DNA of 64,000 bases from Takakia lepidozioides (taxonomy: Eukaryota; Plantae; Bryophyta): NCBI GenBank assembly GCA_030704615.1, contig CM060732.1, positions 49,166,001-49,230,000 on the forward strand, read 5' to 3'. The position numbers and the translations under genes were made by a program. Of this stretch, positions 1 to 10,639 are shown in pieces (positions within the stretch are counted from its first letter, which is position 1; each line of letters begins with the position of its first letter). The notes below the pieces were generated by a model. That model was not told where the DNA came from and ran no database searches. It worked only from the letters and a program-made list of their open reading frames with translations.

Positions 1-158
1 ATTTGTCATTTTACATCTGCAGGAATCACTGCAAAGACATCATGTGTTTAACAGTTTTACACAATGGTTAGTTTTTTCAAGTGAAGGGTGTTCTGGAGTT
101 GTAAGTGTCTCTGGACTGATCTTATCGGAGTATGGTGTTTCTGGTGTCCTGAATGCAG

Positions 159-2450
159 TGGCAGTGTCCTATTTGCTTGAAAAACTATTCGATTGAAACT
201 CTCATCGTGGATCCCTTGTTCAACCTCATCACTACTGCAGTAAGTACAGAAATTCCTCATGGTACGCTTTCTCCCAGTTGCTGGTTTTGCATTGATTAAA
301 TGTATCTCATCACCACGTAGAATGGAGAGTTGACTGTGAAAACGTATGTGGTGACAGATGAAAGATATGGGGGAAGATGTCACTGAAGTTGAGATGAAAG
401 CTGATGGTTTGTGGCGTCCGAAATTGGAAGGGGATGCAAAGTTTCGTGAGCGATGGCGAACACCCAGTGGCACTCCAGTCACTTCAGTCACTGCTGTTAA
501 TGGGGGCAGCTATCATGGGACCATGCTGCCAAAACTGCCTATCCGACCTGTAAAAGCAGAGGAGGTTCTCTCTTCACAAGAACAGGGATCCTTGAGACTG
601 GGGATCAAACGTGCCAGTGATGGGCTCTGGACTGCGAATGGCTCGAAGCGGTCCAAAGGCTGGGCAGATGCAGGCCCTAGCCGGCGGCAAAAGGCCAATG
701 CAACTCTTTCCCAAAGTAGCAGTGCAACTGACAGCAATGAAGAGGAGGAGAATGTTGAGGATGGTGAGAGGAGTGTAAACCAAGAGCCTAGTGATAAGGA
801 TACTGGTTATTCAGAGGATAATGAGGAAGTGGGTTTTCCAGTTAAATCCGTTGATGGTGCAGGAGGAGCATGGAAAAATAGCGATGCTGACCCACTGACT
901 GGAGGAAATGTAATAGTGCTTAGCGACACTGATGAAGAGGATGCCGCTGAGCCAATTTTACACTCTGCGGGGGCATCAGTTTATGGAGAAATAGATATCT
1001 TGGGCCATAGTAGGGTAAGGTCCCCTGATGCAATGCTACCAAGTGACTTGCATTGTGACTCACCAGGTTTGATGCTTCCGACAGATATTGACGAAGGGGA
1101 GCTGGGGGTCAGGTCGGGGTCTCTGGGATTAAACGCGCCATCTAGTACAAGAATAGGCACGAGTATGGCTGAAAAAAGGAGTAGTGGCATTGGGTTATGC
1201 TTGCAAATGGAGAACAGAAACTTTTGGTCCCCTCAGTTGCCAAGTGTTCAAAATGTTCCATATGGCTATTTTAATACCTTAGACCCAAATACAAGCCACC
1301 ATCCTCCTCCTGTGCGGCCCACACCAGTTCAAGCCGTGGTGGGCTCAGCATATGGACTCCCATCTCCCCCATCCATGGAGGACTCCATTAGGGGTTCAGG
1401 CTGGACGCGATATAGTCGGCCCTCCCCTAAACCTCCATTTCCAACTGCCGAGGGTAGTGGCGGGAGTAATGATGGTGGCAGGGGCGCTTCACCATCGGAC
1501 TCTGCTTTGCGCCTGTTTCTGCCTCCCCAGCCTGCAAGGCTTCAGGTATATCATTTGTGTTTAACTATGCTGCTGTCTTTCAAGGCAGGTTTACAGCACA
1601 TACATTTATCCTGTGTGGTTAAAACAATTGAGATCTTGTTGATACTCACCCAAGAAACTTTGCTCCAGTGGCACGTAGTTCCACTGCTTGGAATATTGGC
1701 GAGGGATCAGGAACTGATGTCTATTTGTATGTTGGTTGCATCTGAAACTGGAAGGGGCAAAAAGCATGGAGGTTTTTTTAATTTGGTGGCCACAAAATCA
1801 CTAAGCTGTCTCCTACCTTTGAGTGATATCTGTGTTGAATGGTCACAGGTTCAATCCAACTTGCGGGAACCTTTGATATCACAGGGGGAGCAGATTGACA
1901 ATACATGGTTTTCACTGAGTCTGGGTGGAGGGGACAGTGTGATGGACTCAGCTGCCCCACCATGTATTCCCAGCTCCTCGTCGCAGGAGCCTCACCGTCC
2001 TACCCCTAAAGCGAGAGGCGGCCTTGATTCGGTAGCCAGCACAGGTCCAATCTGACTATCACATTCTGTTTCCGTTCTGTTTCCTGATGTTGTGATACTA
2101 ATCTCAACAAAAGGAGGTCAAGACAGATATAATTCCCTGCCTTGGCAAGGATTATCTCCTTCTAATCTTATTCCTCGCAATTGAAAGTAATGTAGTGAGG
2201 TTGGTGACAAGAAGGGAGAAGTGTGCTAGTTTTTGTGGTCTGACGTTGTTGTGTATGGTGTTTGACAGCATCAGTGCTTCTGGGTATGAGCAGTAATGGA
2301 ACACAGTCATGTTGGGTGGAGCCACAAGGGCCAGGTCACAACCGAAGTGCTATTGGCCGGCATCAGTTTCCTGCAAGACACCGGAGCAGTCCGTCACATG
2401 GGCGCAGGCATCATCGTCACTTCCGTGTGAATGATTCAGAGTCGGATTAG
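159..2450 (+). CDS. SIZ1: SUMO E3 ligase SIZ1 (PIAS family), 3' exons: 159-239, 358-1545, 1849-2044, 2269-2450; 5' part lies upstream of the window
   Basis: Exon 159-239 reads [27 protein letters not shown] (end of the SP-RING/MIZ finger). It is followed by [13 protein letters not shown], a SIM-like [25 protein letters not shown] and terminal SESD, all as in plant SIZ1. All three introns are GT-AG and preserve the frame. Confidence 0.92.
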
Positions 2451-4114
2451 GCCCTCCTACAATCTCATTGTCACATTTACAGGTGGCGGCTTGTGTACCT
2501 AGTGAACGGACCGGTGGGTCACACCACCATTTATTCAGCCGTCTCCTTCATAAGGTGTCATAATGCTCACAGCACCAACAGAATGGGGTCATGAAAGCTC
2601 CAACATCTTGATTCCTTCCTTTCAAATAGGCATGCCGGTGTTCCGAGTGCAGAGCTTTTGTAAAGGACCACCCACTCTACTCTGTCCAGGCAGGTAGCTT
2701 CTGGCACTGACGCACTACATTCATTTGTGTATGTAGGTTCTCTCTGCTATCTCTGTAGTTTTTTGTGCACGTTACTTAGGATCACCAGAGCTGGTTTTGT
2801 ATGTCACTTTTGAGTCTTTGCCTGGAGATTGTTGTTGCTTTCTGCTAGGTGTATGTGCCTCATAACTGAAGTAACTGTCATTGTTGCAGGACTGAACGTA
2901 GGACCTTCACTATTTGCCTGCAAATGTCTTGTTTATCACTTCATCAGCTGGTGCGTCTCTTTCCTCGATACTTTGTTTTCCTGGAGCTTAATTCTCTCAA
3001 TCTGGTATAAACATCGGGCGAGTGGCTGAGCACCGGGTGGCGAGAGTCTCTGGGCGGTAACATGGTTGCTACAGTACTTGTGCCAGCTCTTTGGCAAGGA
3101 GTTGCATATTAGGCTAAGTGTACCATATTTAGATCATGAATCACTGTATGTCTGCAGTGTCACGGATCTATAATTAATTGAGTTTTGACCATGCATTCTT
3201 GATGCCATGTGCCCTTTTCTGAATAAAACATATGTTTCCACTGACCTGTTTACTACCTGTCATCTTTTTCCACAGGGCAGCTAGGGGTGTCTTTGCTCAG
3301 TCTTGCACTTCAACAAATGGCATTGATAAATACTCGAAGAGTATCGTTTTGGATGGTCCACGATCTCTGTTTTGGACAATGCTTGTATTCACAAGTTGAA
3401 AAGCTAGGTAAAGCTGGTTTGAAGTCCCCAGGTCTGCGGAGCCTTGGCATAGCTTTTACCACCTTGTTTACTCTAGCAGACTCTTGACCCGACCGTGGAG
3501 ATGCTTGAGGACTTGCAGATAGTGTTCAAGGAGCACAGTTGCAATGTAAAATGGAGCAAATAGGTTGGAACCTGGTGATTACAATGTATATTTGAGGCCA
3601 TGCCGTGGAAGTTAGCTGGTGAGACTGCCCAGCCACACACATGATGTCCTAAGAGACAGGACTTGTGTGTTGTGATCCACTCTAGGTGTAGGTGTCTGGT
3701 TCTAGTTAAATTATTAACATGTTGAGAGTCTCATGCTGCAATTGGATACACGGCTCCATCCGCTGCTGTACTGCATCTATTCCCACCTCCCTGTTGGTAC
3801 CCCTATTTCCTTGACCTTCAAACTATTGTGTACATATACCATAGTATTTCGCGAGGAATTACATGTTAGGTTAATAATCTCTATAAGTACGCCTGCATTT
3901 TAATTTCTACATTCAATGAAACATAGCAATATTATTTCAAAGTCTTCAAAGAACTATTGAGAACTGAGATGTGGTACCCGTACCCGGCAGTCCATGAGCT
4001 CAAGTAGCGACCTGCCTAACTAAACTCGGGGCAACTCCTGGATTGAGACGTGACCAGTAATGCCAGGTGCCTTCGTTCCGAGGAAGTGATGTAACCGGCA
4101 GTCCATGAGCTCAA

Positions 4115-5745
4115 TTAACCGGGGTATTGATAACGGGCACAATTCATATGATGCCTCTTGTTTGATAACCTGCTCCTGGGCGAATTCTCAAATCCTTGCA
4201 TTATGCATACCCGGCTATGCTCCAGCCTCAATGAAAATGCCATACCTGGACCTGGAAAAAAGTCCAAAACATGACTCGCCCAACAGTGGTGTCAAGTAGG
4301 ATTTCTCTTGCCTATTTGACCCCTAAAGGACTAACCCCAATTTTTGGGTCCACCCCCAAAAAATTGACCCTTCCCCACTAAATAATTTATATCTTGAGAT
4401 TTCCTCAGGCCCTATAAAACTGACCGTTGTAATATGTTTCTACCTACCCCAGCTATGACCACAAAAAGTCTGGTCCAAATCAACCTGCCGGTTTGCAAGA
4501 TTATAATGTTGAAAGTTGGGCCAAAAGCAAATTTCCTATTTCCAATGGAGTAAAAAACACAGCTTTTCTTATCGAATTTCCCAGCTGTGAAATGTTTTGA
4601 CATGACACAAACCAGAATCTTGTACCCTGCCAGGTAAGACACCTGCCCTGAAAATTTCAGCTTTTTCTGACATGTTCTCATGTGGGCTGCTTTGTATGGC
4701 CAATTTGGGGGGTCAAATTTCCCAATTCAAAGGGGCAAGCACAAAACTGTATTAGAAAAATCGGTGAAAAGATCTGAACCGTTGAATTGTCAATCGCTCC
4801 GGTTGTACTGTAGTGGGCAGGTTTGTGTAAGCACCAAAAACATTTCGCGCCAATCAGAGCTTCCCTTCATATGATTTTTTCCCCTGCCCATGACTTCTCC
4901 ATGTGCACCTATGTTTGCCTATACTTTTTGGCCAGTAGCCCTAAGGAATGTAGGTTGAGGCACTTGCACAAGGCAGGTTCGCATGGCAAAAATCCGTCCG
5001 TCCCATCTAGCCATAGTGGTGGGCCCTCCGCAAGTGTGGAGGGGGACTGACGGGACCGACGGTGCAACATGTTCACACGCGATAGTACACATGTGACGCT
5101 ACATAGAAGTTTAGCAAGAGAAGCTCTCATAAAGAGACCTCTGGCTAAACCCTACACACATGTTTTAGCCATGATAGCCATGGAGAAGGAATGAGGGATG
5201 GAACGGACAGCGACGGACAGCGGGAAGTACCTACAGTGGCCAGGCCGTCCCTCCCTTCCTCGCCATCGCGTTCCTCAAGGGTGGACCCCGGCCCGCTGCA
5301 GCCGCCATGTCCGGATGGGACGGACGGATTTTTGCCGTGTGAACCTGCCTTGTAGGCATGGGGGCCTTCTGACGCACAGGGAATGGGAGGCGCTTTAGGG
5401 TGGAGGGGGCGCAATAAAGGGTATTGGGAGACGCGCCACCCTCCACAAGTTGGGGGGGGGTGCGTGGAATTTCTCCCTAACCTAACCCTAGTTGACACGT
5501 AGGATGGAGGTCAGGTTAGCTGCCCAAAATGGGGCTGAAAACCACGAGTGTGGCAGACTCTAGGTGTTCCACGTGGCTCGGGCCAGGCCCAATGACGAAT
5601 TGGGAATGCCACCTCACAGCTGACTCGATCACCTATCCAATGAGCCTAAACATGCCCAAATCAGGCTTAACCCCAGTGATAACCAGACATTTTTCTAAAC
5701 CAAACCGACCCAATTTGGGTCACTTCGTCTAAGTTTAGGAGTTAA
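4115..5745. mobile_element. Non-autonomous DNA transposon bounded by TTAA (piggyBac-like), copy 1
   Basis: TTAA at 4115-4118 and 5742-5745. Internal blocks (e.g. 4415-4490, 5477-5545, 5610-5670) are diverged reverse-complement matches to 53747-54892. No transposase ORF; TIR similarity is weak in this copy. Confidence 0.5.
4968..5353. repeat. Internal inverted repeat, ~40-bp arms (4968-5008 / 5314-5353)
   Basis: acaaggcaggttcgcatggcaaaaatccgtccgtcccatc pairs with gatgggacggacggatttttgccgtgtgaacctgccttgt. The ORF track shows KAGSHGKNPSVPS on both strands. Confidence 0.85.
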
Positions 5746-6224
5746 CCATGGTCCATTTGCATTAGTGATTGACAGATCTAATCAGATCTTCAACTAAAGA
5801 TGATCGTGATAGACGATTCTTTAATTATTTCTTTTCTGATACAATCTGAAGAATTTCCTATTTGGAAATTGGGATTCGTCCGGCTGGGTAAATGATAGAA
5901 AGTCAAAAGAGTTGCAGAAATTTGTAAAGTAATGGCCAACCTCTCAGACAAAGGGGACGTTGTGGGCCCTGGCTACAAACTTTGAAGGAGAGGCCCGAGT
6001 CTCGCTAGCAACTAGCAACTTGTGAGGCAGAGGGGTACCCTATTCATTGAAGGCATGTCCATATTCTTTTGGTTGGCTAGGAAAGTGGCAGCTCTCACAA
6101 CATTCCGGGTTGGCTTGACACTCCTTGTATGGAGATGGGCCAAAGCTGCACTCCAAAGAACAAAGCAACAACCTGTCAGACGAATAACATGATGTGTGAC
6201 TCTGCATCACATACTCCATTTTTT

Positions 6225-6700
6225 ATTTGTTTTTTTTTACATGGGGGAAATGCCATGTAATTCATATTAAAAGGAGCGCTAGAAAAACTAACCAAGACCG
6301 GGGGCCATGAGGCAATACATCATAACTGGTTTTTCCAAGCATCTCGAGTCCGTGTCTACTAACGACTAGCTCACTGCACGTTGGTTACAGGCGGTAACCT
6401 GCGATCCTCACAAGATTTGATAACATGGCCGCACAATATGGATGTAAAGTATCGATAATTTGGCTGCGCATGGATGATTGTCACTCTCAATGTTTCGAAA
6501 ACCCAGTTATGTCCAGTAACCAGCTCGAGGCCACGGGTTACCGCATGTAGCTGAGGCGCATCGTAAACAATCGGGTAACACCGAGGAAGCGGCCACTTAG
6601 GGCAGAGCTCTACATAAATACCATGGCTACTGTCAAATACAAACAGCGAGCCCTTAGCCAGGTCATGCATTTATACTAAGCATCCATGGATCGGAGAGAA
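6225..6700 (-). mobile_element. Decayed LINE 3' end remnant
   Basis: T-rich tail at ~6220-6240 (A-tail on minus strand). WVFETLRVTI resembles the C-terminal region of plant L1 ORF2. Confidence 0.35.
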
Positions 6701-6904
6701 AAGGATGAACACCCCAATTTGGAACAGGCCAAAAAACCGAGGGGCCAAGAAAAAAAAAAAGGCCAAGAAAGTAGGCTAGTGTTCAAAAACCAGTTGTGAT
6801 AAGCCGAATAAAAATGTGAGGGTGTACCACCAAGCTACTAAAGTAAACTTGCGATTGGACCCAAAGCACATTGTAAGCACAAATAAAGATAAAAAAGGCC
6901 ATTA

Positions 6905-9900
6905 GCGTGTCTGTCTTAAGGACTCAAAAGTCAGGTGACAGTGAGCACGGACTTTAAAGATTCCCTATTCGATAGGAGGTCTCGGTGATCACCAGACTCG
7001 CTCTCCCTCGCGTCTGCACAGAATTCCTTGATGTGCCCATTCTGTATCAATCGCGCATGGCTGTCAAGCTGGGGCCAGTCAAAGCCTCCCTGCCTAAGAG
7101 AAGGGTGTCAAACCATCTATTGTGAATGGCAGAAGAGATTAGCGGCTAGCCAACAGCAAGTCTATTGTGGTGCAAAGGGAAAGAACTATAATCTTTATAA
7201 GAACCCGCGTATGCGTTACCGGCGAGCCAAACATCACTTGCAGACCTGGCCTCTCCCAAGCAGCCCATCTAGCAGCCTCAGAGGCAATGGGTTCAGAGTC
7301 TAACTACATGTTGCAAAATATAGGTCATCCCAAGCTCGAGGGGGAGTTTGAAAGAGATACTCCCATAGACATCCCTAGGCCTTCCGGATGGAATATTGCC
7401 AGGCGATGGAGCCCCTATTCAAATGTCGATTGCTTCCCTCCCTAAACCAACCAGTGCAAGTTTGGTGTCCATAGCGGACTGGAGGACGGAGATGTTTGAG
7501 ATATGTCTCTAGAGCATAAATTTGCATGGGCCCGCAGAGGGTAGGAACGACCCGGGGATCCATTTACCCGTGAGAGCTCTTATTTCTTTTCAATATCTAG
7601 GATACCCACACCACCCTCTTTTTTTTTACGGGCAGAGTTGTTCCCACAAACCCAGGGCCCGTTTCGACACAGTGGCGTCCTTGGCCCCTCAGATAAAGTT
7701 GCGGAATATGAGAGCTTTAATCCTAGAAAGGAGCGAGGTCGCAAACCAAAGTTATGAACCAATTGCAAAATGAATTAGAGAGTACATGGTTCACTACTAG
7801 AGCCTGACCTGTAAGAGAGAGCTGTGAAGAACACCAGAAGGTAAGCCTCTTCTTTAGGGATGCCAGAACGGGCGCAAAACGAATTTCTGAAGAGAGATTA
7901 TGGCCGATGAGGTGACCCAACAATCTATGCGATTCACCATTATGAAGCCACCAAAGATATTTTTCAATGCCCCAAGAGACAAGGTGCCTAGCAGTCAGGG
8001 TACCTAAGAAAATATACCTACAGATTTGCCTTAGTTAACCTTGAAACCGGAGGCCATCCCAGGGATTGAAAGCCAAGATCTATATTGTTCATGTTGACAA
8101 TTCTGAGGTACATGACCGAATCCCCGAAAATCGCAGTTTAGGGGGGGTATATTTGAATTTAGGTTGGAAAATTTGAATTTCAAAAACTTGTTGACCATTG
8201 ACTCCAGCATTGACCATTGACCCCGGTTTTGTCCAATGGCATTCATTGTTCTACATATATTAGGCAATGCATACTTGAACCTACGATCTCCACGTTATAG
8301 CATATCTAAGACACTACAAACCAACCAACACACCTACGATACATATATGTATCACAAAAGCAGTCGAAGTATATATCCCCTTGTGGCGACGCCAATGTCA
8401 CCCCCTCGCAGCGTTGGGCGCCCCAACGACGTTTTTGTGAAGTTGGGGGGCCGCACGCCCCCCCCCCCCCCCCAAAAAAAAAAACCCATTTGTGGCGACA
8501 CTGTTGCGACCCCCCGGCGTTGCAGCGTTGGGCGCCCCAGCGACGCTTTTGCGACGCCGGGGGGTCGCAACGCCCCCCCAAAAAAAAAAAAAAAAAAAAA
8601 CCTTGCGACCCCCCGACATCGCAAGGAAAAAAAAACCCGTCGCAACCCCCCGCGGCGATGCAACACCGTCGCATGTCCCAACACCCTTGGGGGCCCCCTT
8701 TCCCTTTTATGTCACCTTGCGATGGTTGAGCGTCGGAGCGGAGGATTGTGACGCCGGCGCGTCGCAAAAAAATGGCCACGGGGGTGGCGTCGCGGGCTCA
8801 GCGCCGCGCCCAGCGTGGGGGCGTGGCTGGCGTCGCTAACCTCCCCCCCCCCCATTTGCAGTAGTGCATGTCTTACCGATCTCTGAAGAGGGAAAGAGTT
8901 GGAGAGGTGGCCATTGGTCAGGACCCTACTTGAACAAGAGAAAAGAAGGATCTTGATCCATTCGAGGAACTCACCGTGGAACCTTGCAAGTTGATTCTAT
9001 CGAAAGCCTTTTCAAAATCAAGCATGAGCAGAGCAAGGGGTTGGTTAGAAGAAGAGGCGAAGTGAAGAGCTTCTTTTGCTTAGAGAATATTAAATAAGAT
9101 CATACGTTTCTTGACAAAACCAGTCTAATCAAAGGAAGGCAGGAGTTTCTGAAATCTGATTGCCAGAGTCTTAGCAATAATTTTGCTATCAGAATTGTTT
9201 GCATGAAATCTAGGGAAATTAATCCTTCTGCTGCAAACGGCAATCATGTCAGCCCTTTCTTTCTCTGGTTTTTTATGGCCCCTCTGTATCTCCTGCAATT
9301 CGACCCTGGGGAGTGGAGATGGCAGGATATGAAGCTTTCCCCGCTTTTTGCTTACAAGGTCAAGCTAGGCTACTCTCTTCGTAATCCTGTGGTTTCTTTC
9401 GACATAAAGATATCCAGAAAATGGGGCCATCTCATTGATCGCCCGAGGACTTGGAACTTTATCTGGAAAGATATTTGGAGAAAAGATCATGCTGCTAAGC
9501 TTTCGGGGTTCCTATGGAAACTGACAAATCGGATTCTGCCAGTGTCATTTTCAGTTTCTGACCCTTCTTCTGTCTGTCAGCTTTGCAATTTGAACGTCCC
9601 TGAAACATTGGAGCACTGCCTGCTTCAATGTTATGTTGTCGTGTTGTTTGGGGGCCGGTGCTTAGTTTTTATTCTATCTGGAAAGCCATGCCTCCTGATA
9701 CCACCTCTACTTTGCTCCTGAATTGTTACGAAGGCTCTCTTTGGTCTTCTTGCCCTGTTTGGGCTTCTCTCAGAGTCCAAACTCTATGGAATATATGGAA
9801 AGCTGGATGTGCCTTTGTGTTTTCAGGCAAATGGAGTAATGCTAGGTCTATCTTGATGATAGTTCATTCAGACTTAATGTCTGACGCTAGAAAGGCTTGG

Positions 9901-10525
9901 CGGGTACTTGGAGAAGCTTTATGTAGATGTGGCCAGAGAAGAAAGATTCAACTTCTCGGTGACTTTGACTCCTCCTTGGGTAAAAGTGGTGCAATCTGTA
10001 CCAGGCTCTCAAAGACTTCAATTTGATGGAGCGACAACCTCCCATCAAGCTGGCAGCTCCTTTAGCGCCTTGCGTTGTCCTATGGGGAGGATTTGGAGAT
10101 TAACTGGAAACAGCGCAAGTCTGTGAGAAAAGGGAGATCTAAAGGCCGTCTTTCTTTTGACAGCATTTCCAATAATTGACTTGTCACCCTTCGTTACACC
10201 CTGGTTCGGCTGGTTCTTAATTAGTTTTGTTGCATCTCTTTTGGTACTGAGATTTCTCTACTGCTTTGCTGTCTTAGAGCCTCTGGATCAATTTTATAGA
10301 TAGTGTCTTCGACTTTTCTAAGTCCCTCTCTGCTTATCCGACCTAGTTTCTCCTGATGTGCATCTGCATGCTGCTGCCCCTTAGAGTCACGAAGCAGTGT
10401 CTTCCGTGATCAGCCTCTATGGCTCTTTTGTTGAGGTTATTTTTTCTTCATGTACTCTTTGGACAACTCGTCCTCTTTATTATATAAAGTTAATGGGTCA
10501 CCAATCCCTTTTATTATTTTAAAAA
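6905..10525. mobile_element. L1-clade LINE with 5' inversion: minus-strand RT segment 6905-9200 joined to plus-strand 3' segment 9201-10525
   Basis: Minus strand: NSDSKIIAKTLAIR, LLMLDFEKAFDRI, LSLTGQALVVNHVLS. Plus strand: FDPGEWRW, zf-RVT-like FLWKL...CQLC...ETLEHCLLQC, TLWNIWKA, then an A/TA-rich tail at ~10520. Confidence 0.75.
8114..8866. mobile_element. CACTA/EnSpm-type terminal fragment nested in the L1
   Basis: Ends ...tttgcagtagtg (reverse complement CACTACTGCAAA) at 8866. Dense subterminal GCGACGCC/GCGACCCC repeats in both orientations at 8385-8840. A matching left end with a 3-bp TSD was not confirmed. Confidence 0.6.
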
Positions 10526-10639
10526 TATATATATGAAACATTAAGTAACGTGATGGGACGGTAGTTAGCTAAGTTCTCCTGGTCCATGAAGCCAAAGCAC
10601 TCAGGAGTTTATATGACTAGGGTACCTACAGGGATCAGC

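Noticed and set aside
3984-4114. 20-bp direct repeat ccggcagtccatgagctcaa (~3984 and ~4095)
   Set aside because: Only two copies ~110 bp apart; not a CRISPR array, and no element could be defined between them.
8236-8839. Cluster of overlapping ORFs with poly-K/F/G/P runs
   Set aside because: Translations of homopolymers and GC-rich CACTA subterminal repeats; no protein motifs.
8312-8866. CACTAC at 8312 as the left TIR of a complete CACTA element
   Set aside because: Flanking triplets (aga / cat) do not match and similarity to the right end stops after 6 bp.
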